Assembly (NCBI RefSeq): GCF_964355755.1
Contig: NC_092672.1
Span: 29,766,437 to 29,830,436 of the forward strand
Direction: 5' to 3'
DNA from: Antedon mediterranea
Taxonomy: Eukaryota > Animalia > Echinodermata
Length of the DNA: 64,000 nt
Part shown: piece by piece, positions 13,804 to 24,492 of the stretch
How positions within the stretch are numbered: the stretch's first letter is position 1
How the letters are laid out: each line of letters opens with the position of its first letter
The notes under the pieces: model-generated
Seen by the model: only the letters and a program-made list of their open reading frames with translations
Told to the model about the DNA's origin: nothing
Databases searched by the model: none
Made by a program: the position numbers and the translations under genes

Positions 13804-15179
13804 AATGTCGTCTGCGGGAAGTTTATGATCGCGCGTTTGAAGTGTAGTGTAAGAATTGTGTAGATTATTTTTTGCTCACTAAAGAGTTCCACATGGACGA
13901 TATTGAGTATATTGCCAAGAGTTTTGGTGAAGTCATTGATAGTAATCTCCATTTAAATCTGTCTTGCCAACAGATAATTCACTTTTTAAGTAGAGATGAT
14001 CTATCGGCAAAGTCTGAGATTTCGATTTTTGAAGCTGTTATGGAATGGTTACGAAGCGATTGGCAAGACCGAAAAGACTACGCCCCTCTTATTATGACCC
14101 ACATTCGTTTTCCGTTGATACATCCCAATGACATCGTAAACAAAGTCCAAGCTGAGGAAGCTTTAATGGACATACCAGAGTGTCGAACATTGATTACAGA
14201 GGCAATGTCATACCATTTGTTACCACACAATCAGCATTCCTTCCAAACTCTAACACGTGCAACAACGGACGTATTTGTTGTCTTAGGTGGTGAGGATATG
14301 CAAGGGTTAACCAGTGAACAAACATACGTATGTGATATTGAGACAAACGTCTGGAAACCGTTCACAGACATGCCAATTCGAAGACTCGATTTAGCTGTGG
14401 CCACCATGGATAATTTCTTGTACGTAGCTGGTGGCCAGTTCTCTGGTGATTCCTTAGGCATTGACAGCATTGGCACGGTTCACCAGTATAATCCACGGTT
14501 TGATACATGGCGTCAACTCTGTCCTATGAAAAAGAGACGCTCGCTTTTCTCTTTAGATGGAATGAATACGTATCTGTATGCAGTTGGTGGGAAGAATACT
14601 CAAGGAGGATTGGCAAGCGTTGAAAGGTATGACAGTGGCACGGACTCTTGGGAGTACGTCGCACCTCTGACGCTTCACACATTTGGGCATAGCAGCGCAG
14701 TTGTAGGCGGTAAACTTTTCATCACCGGCGGAGTCGTTGACGGTGGACATTTCAGCAATGCATTACAAGTTTACGATCCAAACCATGATAAATGGACGTT
14801 TAAAGCGCCAATGTCTTCGACAAGAGCCTTCCATGTCATGTGTTCCGTGGGTAAGAAAATATACGTCATAGGCGGCAACACGCGGGATAGTAAAAATCGA
14901 CGAGTTGATTGTCGCGCTGTTGAATGTTACGATGCGAAAAATGAACAGTGGTCGACGTTAGCGCGTATGCCGATTGGGGTCAGTTTAGCAGGTGTGTGCG
15001 TTTATAGCAAATGCGTGTACGTTATTGGCGGATATACTGGCAAGTTTTCTGACAGACATTCTGAGGTTCAAATGTATGATATTGAAACCGACAAATGGAA
15101 AATTGTTTGTAATTTACCAGAGTGCGTAATCAGACACAGGTGTTGTATACTATCTGTACCACAATCACGCTTACTTTGA
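13804..15179 (+). pseudogene. Kelch-like gene, 3' part: end of BTB, BACK domain and six kelch repeats
   Basis: NCVDY...SEISIFEAVMEWL...HIRFPL (BACK), then six GG-containing kelch repeats (VVLGG, YVAGG, YAVGG, FITGG, YVIGG, YVIGG) with Y.P/W motifs. No introns. Frameshift at 13841-13850. Confidence 0.92.
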
Positions 15180-15506
15180 TCTGATTAAATTCTCGAACAT
15201 TTTACTATTACTGTACGGACCATATTATCAAGATTATTCTACTGTAATAACTACAATTTGCTTGCTTTTTAACCGGATTGCCTTATTTAGCAAGTCCCTT
15301 TTTGGGTGGTAATTGTACATGCTGTTTATTACATAACCTAATGCATTGAAACAAACTAAAATAACATGTTATTGCATGCCGTAAAAAATATAGTTACTGC
15401 AGTAACCTCAGTGGAATAATTCTGACATTGTCCCTAGTTATTGAAAGTTGAAAAGAAGAAACAAATTTTGCTCTGGCATTTTATACGTGTGTCATCTTTA
15501 TTGATG

Positions 15507-15552
<46 letters not shown>
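15507..15552 (+). repeat. Poly(A) tract (46 nt)
   Basis: Uninterrupted A run about 330 bp after the kelch stop and directly before the next LINE. Confidence 0.95.
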
Positions 15553-15555
<3 letters not shown>

Positions 15556-18500
15556 CACAAATCCTGAACTAAATGATTAAGTTTACAGTACTATAGATAA
15601 GAGAGAATTAAGAGAAGAGGACAGTTTGATGGATATCTGTGGATATTTCCAGCTTTTTATATTATTTTTCTGGACTATACCTAGGCCTAGGCTAGGCATA
15701 GCCTCTGTGGCAACGGTGTCGACCCATGATATACACCAGGGAATAGAAGCCTCATACCCATTCTTCTCATTGCCCTTCTCTGGGCCTAGCCAGTTGACGT
15801 GCATGAATACTACGATGGATGTAGGATGTCGTTATTGTTACAAACATATTGAGAACACCCCGCTTATTTTATGTTCCAGCTGCCTCAATGAATATCATCA
15901 GCGTTGCCAGGGAGTGACAGATATTGACTTTAATGATATTATTTCATCAAGAAAAGAATGGATTTGTCTGAAATGTGTCCTTCCACATAATGCTTCGTTT
16001 TTTGATGGATCAGCTGGTACTTGCAGCAGTGAGTCTTCAAACAGTGTGGTTTCTCCCAGTACACAACAACTTACTGGACTGCTGTATAACGCCAGAAGTG
16101 TCTGCAATAAATTAACTGAGTTGCAGCTTGTTGTGGATACAGAAAAACCTCACATCCTTGCGATTACAGAAACGTGGCTCGGCAATGAAATCAATGATGC
16201 AGAAATAATTATAGAGAGTGGTTACCAGATATTCAGGAACGATCGAAATAGGCATGGTGGTGGAGTGATGCTGGTCATCAGTGATGCGTGTAAACCAACA
16301 ACAACTGCGTTTAAACACAACAACCTGGAAATTGTATGGGCTGAGATTACATGTAAGCTTGGTAAGATCTTGATCGGATGCTTCTACCGCCCACCAAATG
16401 CACCTATGCTGTACACACAAAACTTTTTAAATGCCATGGAAGAAGTACTAGATAATAGTCATCACTACAAAGCCATCATTCTTTTAGGGGATTTTAATAT
16501 TCGTCACCAAAGACAATATCTTGTAAATAACTTTGAACATCTTATTTTTGACTCCATGGAGTCGCTTGATTTTGTACAAATGGTTAATTTTCATACAAGA
16601 ATAGCTAACAATACTGCTGAAGGCAACACCTTGGACTTAATTTTTAGCAATAGGCCTGAGTTGTTCAATATTGAACAAATCGAAGGCCTGGGTAAAAGTG
16701 ATCATGTGGGTGTGAAATTTAATATGAATGTAAAGTTAACTGGTTTTCGAAAACTACCAAATAGATCAAAATTTCTGTACTCAAAACTTAACCCTAACCT
16801 ATTACACGAAGAATTAGAATCTGCAGATTGGAATTCGTGTCTAGTTGTAGATGATGTTGATACATCCTGGAAAAATTTTAGGGATATGCTTTTGAAAGTG
16901 TTTAATAAGATCGTACCTAAAGGCAAAGGTAGTGTTAAAAAAAGACCTCCGTGGATATCACAAGAGGTTGTCAGGTTAAGTCGAAAAAAGAAAAGAGCCT
17001 ATAAAAAGGCTAAATCTAAACCAGAAAATGTTAATCTATGGGACAGGTATAAGGTAATTAGAAATAATGTAAAATATATGTGTAAAAAGAGTTACTATGA
17101 ATATGTAAAACAATTAGCAACAAACTCAAAAGACCAAAAACCTTTTTGGGCGTTCGTTAATGCTAAAAGACATAAATGTTTTCCAACAAGTTTTAAGTTT
17201 GATAACATCACAACAGATGATCCTAGTTTAATTGCTAATAAATTTAATACATTTTTTCATAGTAACTTTTCTAAACCTGTACCCAATAATAACCAGATGA
17301 TAGCTTCATTGGTTGATCCTCCTCTTTCTGATCTGCTGATCAATGAAGCAGATGTTAAATGTCTGATTACTTCATTAGATGGGAATAAATCCCCAGGGCC
17401 TGACGGTATCTCCCCTAAAATGCTTAAACTGTCATCTTTCACAATCATTGGTGTTTTGACTGAGATATTTAAGATCTCAATTAAAACCGGTAAAGTCCCA
17501 GCTGACTGGAAAGTAGCCCATGTTGTACCAATACATAAATCAGGCCCTGGTGATAATGTTGTAAACTATCGCCCCATCTCCCTGACGTCAGTGGTCGGGA
17601 AAATGCTTGAGCGCTTTATTGGAAAGCACATGGTTTCTCATGCTGATAAACTTGGCCTTTTGCCTTCCACACAACATGGTTTCTGTAACAAAAGATCGTG
17701 TGTAACACAGCTTGCCACAATTTACCACCAATGGGCTAAATGTTTAGATGTAAACAAACCACCAAGAGTTGATGCTGTGTTTTTAGATTGGTCCAAGGCT
17801 TTTGACAAGGTTTGTCATTCACTTCTCATTAATAAGCTACAAAAATATGGCTTTGCCGGTAAGCTCATGAGCTGGTTACAATCTTTTCTGATTAACCGTA
17901 GCCAAGCAGTGTTATTCAAAGGTTCACTTTCTGATTGGAAAGATGTATTATCGGGGGTACCTCAAGGTTCCGTGTTGGGACCTATTCTTTTTAATTTGTA
18001 TACATGTGAGCTCCCATCAGCAGTTAATTCAAACATTGCATTATATGCAGATGATACTGTGTTGTTCAGAGTAATAAATAATCAAGATGATTGTTTGAAG
18101 CTTCAAGACGATCTAACTGCCATAGCCCTATGGGGCAATGATAATTATATGTCTCTAAATAACAGTAAATGTAAGGTTATGTCGATCTCTAGATCGAAAG
18201 TAAAACAGTATTTTCATTATAAAATAGATAATAAAGTACTAGAAAGTGTAACAGAATACAAGTATCTTGGTGTTACCTTGTCTTCAGATTTGAAGTGGAA
18301 TAAACACATCTCTCTGACTACTGGTAAATGCAATAAACTTGTAGGATTTATTAAGAGGTGTGTTAGAACCAATGATCAGACCGTTTTTCCTAAATTATTT
18401 AAGTCTATCATTAGGCCTGTAATTGAATACGCTTCACCTGTCTGGTTTCCATTTCTGCAAAGCACCATCAATCAGATTGAATCTGTTCAGAGACGCTTTA

Positions 18501-19068
18501 CACGATCATGCTTCCCACGTTTTTTTCACATGGATTATGACATGCGGCCGTCATACGAACAAAGGTTACGGACTCTCAAATTACCCACGATTTATAATAG
18601 ACTTAAATTCATCCGTGTTAAATTTGTTGTGAAGTGCCTCTGTACAGATTTCCTAATTGATGGTGCTTTGCTACCTAAACCTGTTGAACGTAGAAGTGAG
18701 AAACTTGTTTTCAGACATGAGAAGTCTCGTACTAATGCTTTTTTTTATTCTGTTTTTATTTCATTTCCACGGATGTGGGATGAGATTCCGGTATAAATCC
18801 GGTAAATAAAAAAAAATATAAATAAATAAATAAATAAATTCTATGTTACCGGGTTGTTAAATGTTTATCCTTGTTAATGTTATTTTGCCACCAGTGCTAT
18901 CAGGAGAGTCTTTTATAGCGATATTTTTTGCTTTTTGACAATCCGCCAGGATAGTGTTCTGCGCTTTTTCTCTGCTTGTTGTTGTTCTTTGTAATTTTTG
19001 CTTTTTGTATTGTTTTTGCTTTATATTTTTTCTGGATAATAAATGAATATGAATATGAATATGAATAT
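15553..19068 (+). mobile_element. CR1-group LINE with a long intact ORF (PHD-APE-RT)
   Basis: ORF 15626-18796; 3' AATAAA plus (GAATAT)n tail at about 19038-19068. 5' boundary uncertain. Confidence 0.9.
15626..18796 (+). CDS. LINE polyprotein: PHD finger, AP endonuclease, reverse transcriptase
   Basis: CRYC...CSSC....HQRC...WICLKC (C4HC3); YNARSV, ITETWL, YRPP, GDFN, SDH; NYRPISLT, DWSKAFD, GVPQGS, YADD. Start codon uncertain. Confidence 0.88.
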   Translation: MMDICGYFQLFILFFWTIPRPRLGIASVATVSTHDIHQGIEASYPFFSLPFSGPSQLTCMNTTMDVGCRYCYKHIENTPLILCSSCLNEYHQRCQGVTDIDFNDIISSRKEWICLKCVLPHNASFFDGSAGTCSSESSNSVVSPSTQQLTGLLYNARSVCNKLTELQLVVDTEKPHILAITETWLGNEINDAEIIIESGYQIFRNDRNRHGGGVMLVISDACKPTTTAFKHNNLEIVWAEITCKLGKILIGCFYRPPNAPMLYTQNFLNAMEEVLDNSHHYKAIILLGDFNIRHQRQYLVNNFEHLIFDSMESLDFVQMVNFHTRIANNTAEGNTLDLIFSNRPELFNIEQIEGLGKSDHVGVKFNMNVKLTGFRKLPNRSKFLYSKLNPNLLHEELESADWNSCLVVDDVDTSWKNFRDMLLKVFNKIVPKGKGSVKKRPPWISQEVVRLSRKKKRAYKKAKSKPENVNLWDRYKVIRNNVKYMCKKSYYEYVKQLATNSKDQKPFWAFVNAKRHKCFPTSFKFDNITTDDPSLIANKFNTFFHSNFSKPVPNNNQMIASLVDPPLSDLLINEADVKCLITSLDGNKSPGPDGISPKMLKLSSFTIIGVLTEIFKISIKTGKVPADWKVAHVVPIHKSGPGDNVVNYRPISLTSVVGKMLERFIGKHMVSHADKLGLLPSTQHGFCNKRSCVTQLATIYHQWAKCLDVNKPPRVDAVFLDWSKAFDKVCHSLLINKLQKYGFAGKLMSWLQSFLINRSQAVLFKGSLSDWKDVLSGVPQGSVLGPILFNLYTCELPSAVNSNIALYADDTVLFRVINNQDDCLKLQDDLTAIALWGNDNYMSLNNSKCKVMSISRSKVKQYFHYKIDNKVLESVTEYKYLGVTLSSDLKWNKHISLTTGKCNKLVGFIKRCVRTNDQTVFPKLFKSIIRPVIEYASPVWFPFLQSTINQIESVQRRFTRSCFPRFFHMDYDMRPSYEQRLRTLKLPTIYNRLKFIRVKFVVKCLCTDFLIDGALLPKPVERRSEKLVFRHEKSRTNAFFYSVFISFPRMWDEIPV

Positions 19069-19199
19069 TGTGTTGTCAAAAACATTGTGGATTTTCAATT
19101 TTGATGTCTGTTTTTTTAAAGTTACAACTCCTATTAATACTACCAGCTCATTAAAACCAAAAATCTAAGTTTTGTAACTTATTTTGTTAATGCTTTTAA

Positions 19200-19437
19200 A
19201 GATATTGTCTCCAAAAACATGAAAAATGCAGATTAAAGGGCCATTTAACACAACACAAATAATAAGTTCACTTTATAAAAAGACAGAATAGACTTAACCA
19301 AAAACCATTACCATTTTACTTTTTCTTGCTTTAAATTACAGTTTTTCTGGTAAATAATTTCATTTTTTTCGATCCAAACTATTATGTGAAACTAAAATGG
19401 AATATTAAAAAAAAAACAATTTTTGAGGACAATATCT
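19200..19437. mobile_element. Degenerate MITE related to the 81-2536 element
   Basis: TTAA-AGATATTGTCTCCAAAAACATGAAAAAT ... GAGGACAATATCT; termini and the internal AAGTTCACTT resemble the Kolobok-like element. Confidence 0.55.
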
Positions 19438-19789
19438 TTCATATTTTCTATTCGTAACCATCACAGTGACTTTTCATAGTTGACTTGAGTGAGCCCGGCC
19501 CTCTATATTTTGTTGTAAGTTTCATATTTTAGAGGGCGCACTCTTATTTTTACATTTTGCGTATTCGACTTCTTCGATTTGTTGACTATATTTAACTTGA
19601 TATTTTTTTTAGTCTAGTGGTACAGTATGTAAAAAAAAATAGAACTCAACGAAAGTGCGTTGAGATTAGTTTGAAGTAAACAATTGTATAAAGAAGGCGA
19701 GAAAGAACGACCAGTGTTTTGCTTTTATCTTTTTTTTACTCGTTGGCCTCCTGTGAATAAATTTCTTTTTTAATTTGTACTTTCCGTTT

Positions 19790-21109
19790 TTTTTTATTCA
19801 GTTATCCGCATTCAGCGGATAACTCCTTGTAACTGTCCTGTTTCATCATCTTTTTTTTTTCTGTATTCTTCTTTCTTTCTGTCATTTTTGTGCAGAGCGT
19901 ATCTCTAAAACTTTTAAACATAACATTTCATAACTTTGTCAACATGATTGTGTGCATTCACGTGAAGTTGTGCACCTGCTTTTGTGAATAACGTCAGAGT
20001 TATTTTTTACGCGCGCGGTGCGCACGTAGCGTTGAAAACAATTTTTTTTCGCGTGATTTATGTTTTCCAGCCTTTTCTAGTAATTTTACCAACTTTTGAA
20101 CAATTTCGACCTAACATTACGTCATACGGGCACGTCGAATTGGATAATTTACGTTCTTTTTTGATGAAAAAGTTAAAAGATTCGTCAAAATGTGTCAAAA
20201 TTATACCTTTTTTTAAACAGTCGTAGTAGTATTTTTATTATGTATTCTGAAATATGATGAGTTGTAGATATCGAATCATGCATCAATATGGCTAACCGGA
20301 CATTCTGACGTCATCGTATGGTCATGCGAATATAAAATATAGGATTTTTGTATCTTTCGTCATAGCGCATCACATTTAATAGAGCGCATCTCCACTTATT
20401 CGTTTTCCATTTTAACCCAGATTTTTATATTATCTAGGCCAATCAAATATTTTTCGCATGAGTTAAAAATATTTTAAATTTTATGATGTCATCATGTCTA
20501 AAAATGAAAATAACGTGGGTCACTTATTTTCATCTTTACAGTAAATTTCAATCTGTTATAGTTCATCAGAAAAAACGTGATAATCATGATTAAAACGTTT
20601 TCTGAAAGCTATTGGATTGTAGATACGAATTCATGTAAACATTTTGCCAATCAGATGTTGTGACATCATGATATGGCCAGTTGGATATAAAAAGTCGTAT
20701 TTTCATATTTTGCGTCATAGTTCATCACATTTAAAAGAGCGCGCATCTATATTTTACGTATTCAAATTTCTTATACACGGTAATATGTTGTTGCTGAGAT
20801 AATTTCCTTCCGAAATTGCTATCTTAGTTTTTCATTTTGATACCGTCGCCATGTTAAAAATTGGAATAAATGGCGGGTCCCGTAATTTCACCTATTCTAC
20901 ACTGTATGTAATAATATGTATACAGATTTTACAGTTTATACTATATGACACAAAATTGACAGAATTCAGCACTAACAGCATATGATATTCTTCAGTTCAG
21001 GTCATAATGCCATAATCTTTTTCCGTGTGCAAAATTCCAACGTATGACGTGCGCGTGGCGTTTGTCGTGCGGATAACTAACTCGTCAAAGTGACGAGTTC
21101 AAATCTAGT
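19790..21109 (+). mobile_element. Non-autonomous Helentron/Helitron2-like (DINE-1/HINE-type) element
   Basis: T-run start, 5' palindrome AGTTATCCGC-ATTCA-GCGGATAACT (19800-19824), 3' sub-TIR TGCGGATAACT (21068-21078), hairpin AACTCGTCA-AAG-TGACGAGTT, then CTAGT. Confidence 0.75.
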
Positions 21110-21489
21110 ATTTTATTTGTAACTGTTATACCGAGCTTTACGAACCTTTAAAATTAGACGGAAAATATTTTACAATTTTTATATATCGCTGTGTGACGTT
21201 GATTAGATTTGTGATAATGGTGTCTTGCAGTGTGTAGAATACACAAATATTGCGGCGGCGAATATTTCTTCTTTATACGTAGCAGCTGCACCACCAGGTG
21301 GCGTTTTTTTTTAAAGCAAGTACTTATGATACACTATGTGTGCCAACATTTTATTGACAAATATTAAGCCGAATTGCTGTCAAGAACCTAGACTAGACGA
21401 AACGTTAACATATGAAAAAGATTACGCATGCGTAAGGCAGGATGGCGCCATTTCCCGTACCTAAAGAGCCAACAATATCGGCTCCTAGT

Positions 21490-21628
21490 CCTGGTGGTGG
21501 AACAAGTCTCCTCGGATAAGGACTATAAACCGTAGGTCCAATGTAGGCCTACACAGTGTGTCCGTGTGGACTGAGTTCATTATTCGAGACGAGTAGGGGG
21601 TGAACTAGTTTATTCATTCATTCATTCA
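21490..21628 (+). mobile_element. Truncated SINE relic, Deu/Nin-domain-like, with (ATTC)n tail
   Basis: CTCGGATAAGGACTATAAACCGTAGGTCC and GACGAGTAGGGG resemble my recollection of the DeuSINE central domain; ends TTATTCATTCATTCATTC. Confidence 0.5.
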
Positions 21629-22029
21629 ATCTTTTCGAAATCTCAGGTCCATAAAAAGTAAAATTATTAATTAAAAGATAAGCACTAATTATTACTAGGC
21701 CTACTCATCTCAGGATGGCATTTCACATGGAGGGCATCTTTGACTTGTACAAGACGTTGCCTATAATCGTTGGGACTAAACCTAATGACATGACAGTGCC
21801 TAAATGGATAAAATATAAAATAAAATAAAAGTATACCGTAGGCCTACATGTTAATATTATCATCAGCCTAATCATCATAACGTTACGTAACCTGTGGTGT
21901 AATATGTGTCGTCATCCACGCGTCTTCTTTTGCTCGGTGAAGCGTGGTTCCCACTGAGCGACGCAACGCAACATACGCAGCGTAAGAAAATGCCCTTCCA
22001 ATCATTTTGTTTGCCCCCGCCTGCGTGAA

Positions 22030-22255
22030 ATAAAAAGTGTGTAAAAACCTTTTCTTTAAAACCAGATGGTATTATTTTATAAAAACTGCACAAATGTTCA
22101 CTAGATATGTTATGAAACTCTCTCAAAAGCTGTAAAAAATGTCCATTAAATTTGTCATCTCGTTTAGCATGCCTAATAAACATTTTTAATGAATTTGAAA
22201 ATCTTCCAAAAAATGTTGTATTTCTGAAGTTGTTTTGGACATGTGATTAATCACC
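22030..22255 (-). pseudogene. Relic fragment of an NLR paralogue (pre-LRR helical region)
   Basis: MFIRHAKRDDKFNGHFLQLLREFHNISSEHLCSFYKIIPSGFKEKVFTHFL aligns by eye with MFIQHVSKDENVDKNFINILREFHKISLTNNFRSFLNTISFDSKGKVLTHIL of ORF 27834-30317. Confidence 0.8.
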
Positions 22256-22374
22256 CGATTCTGCTACTGTCCACAGGTGCTATCTGTAAAACTATAGAAA
22301 GTTATACACGTTGATGTCTGCTATAAATGCTGTACTTTTAACACACGGTACATTGTCTGTTAAAAGTACGGGTG

Positions 22375-22450
22375 TCACGAAACCTAAGACCACGAAAGCT
22401 AAGACCCCCTAAGACCTAAGATCACGAAAGCTAAGACCCAAGACCTAAGA
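22375..22450. repeat. Short tandem repeat cluster (CACGAAAGCTAAGACC / CCTAAGA)
   Basis: Seen directly; probably the subterminal repeat of a decayed transposon. Confidence 0.6.
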
Positions 22451-23379
22451 TTACAAATTCGACCGCGCTAATTACAACAATACATTGATAGCATTGTAAG
22501 GGATTTGATGCTGCTTCTGGTTCTTCACACAGGTATTCTATAATCACATTAATTATTGTGAACATGCAAAAGACAGCGTATCAATTAAAAATTAATTGGG
22601 AGTATACATCGTACTTTAGGTATAATCTGGTTGATAATTTTGGCTACCCACAGGTGCTAATGGTAAACTTGAGACTTGAAAAATACTTATTGGGTGTGGG
22701 TATATTTTAAAAAGTTCGCCTATTATTAGACGCATTAAAACAAATTAAAAAATCAAATGGAGGACAAAGTAAAAAACATAGACAATATATCAAGCCACAA
22801 ATAAATATTTTAAAAAATTACTGGATTTATACAATTTAAAAGACTACACTAGTATGGATATAGGCCTATTTAGACTCTCCGGAGATGATTCACCTGCAAA
22901 AATTGAACTAATAAATGAATGTAACAGAATAGTAAAAAGACCAAGAGAGGAAGAAAAAATAAACATGGAAACAACACAACAATTAAAAAGGAAATATAAA
23001 TTATAATAGTGTAAGAGAAACACCATAGAACCATCCTGTCCGGCAGAGCGGAAGTAGAATAAAATAGGTAAAAGCGCCATGTCGCAAGACGAGAGGATGA
23101 TAAAGATGACAGTTCACCTCTTGAGCCCCACAATTAAGTAGCCCAAAAGGCTTGTCCAATATACTTGGACAGACGTTGCGTTTACTAAATCGTAGAGCTA
23201 TGCGTTCCATAGATCACAGTAGATTATTCCCAAACTTGAAATTACTTACAATTATTATTCGATATTGCACTTTTATGAAAACTGCATAAGTTCTGATGGT
23301 AAAGCTTAGTCCAATCTACATTAGCAAAACAACTCTTTGATTGCAAACTCCAGGATCATACTATGACTACAAGGTAAAC

Positions 23380-23574
23380 ATAGAAGGGCACTCAGAGAGC
23401 GAGAGCAAAACCTCCGCATGTAGGCATGAAAATGGAATCATGTGTTCCCATGCAGCTATGCAATTATGCTTTAAAATCTTATGAACATTTTGAGTAATCC
23501 TGCTAAGAAATATAGAAAGAAAAAACATTCCCGATTGACCTCATAACCTGTCGCGATTATTCTGGCGGAGGTAA
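23380..23574 (-). mobile_element. Short degenerate Helentron-like non-autonomous element
   Basis: Sub-TIR ACCTCCGC (23410-23417) / GCGGAGGT (23565-23572) with an adjacent decayed hairpin GCACTC-A-GAGAGC near a TAG end. Confidence 0.4.
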
Positions 23575-24408
23575 AGACACAAACATCAGCAAATCAGTTT
23601 GTCAAGAAGGTACATACCCTACTTCTGCGAACTAGTTTTCTGCTACTTTGGAAAACTTTTCTTGTTAAATTCGGAGTTTACTGGTGTTTGCAAATACATA
23701 TTTATATAGGCCTAAAGCATTAAAAACCTTTGATTATTATCTAATAATTCATAATAGCGTAAAACTATTTAATAATAGTCAGCATTTAATTTGACTATTG
23801 CAAGTATATTATTATATTATGTGAATGTGATGTACGGACCCATTGGACATGATGATGTCATATCACTACCATATGTCGGCATATCACTACGTATGGGCAT
23901 ATCACATTCTTTTTTTTGTCAAACTAGTTTGATAAGTGTAGACAGAGCTTTACATGAAATTAATAATCATATTGTCGACGATGCTAAATTGTTTTAAGTA
24001 GGCTACTCTACAGAGTAGATTTTTTTTTAATTGACAAAATCGTAATCTCCATTAAAAAATGTACAGTAGTCGATTTTGCACTTTTTGCACTTTTGAAATT
24101 TAAATTGTCCACTTTTTAACGTAGGCCTACATGATTGTAAACCAGGAAGAGATAGCCTAATTCCTCATGATTTTACAAATTATTACATTTATATTTCCTA
24201 AAGTCAAAAATAATCTCTTTGATCTTTTTGCCTATTTACAACAATATATATTTTTTATTTCATACTCATCCAACAGCGAGTAACCCGCCAATTACAGGAT
24301 GGATAAACTATTTAATAATTTCACAAGACAAACATATACACAAGATGCTCTACATAAACAAAGACTTATTATTAAGTCTTTGGGAGTGGAGTTGTAATTT
24401 GTCATGAG

Positions 24409-24492
24409 AAAAAAACCCTGACATATGACAGGGCTTGAACCCAGGACCCTTAGATTGGTAGCCAAGCATCATAACCACCAAGCCACAGCTCC
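24409..24492 (-). other. tRNA-derived sequence (SINE head or tRNA pseudogene)
   Basis: Minus strand A box TGGCTTGGTGG and B box GGTTCAAGCCC at tRNA spacing, followed by a T7 run; the acceptor stem does not pair. Confidence 0.65.

Noticed and set aside
24409-24492. Functional tRNA gene
   Set aside because: A and B boxes are present, but the 5' and 3' ends cannot form an acceptor stem.
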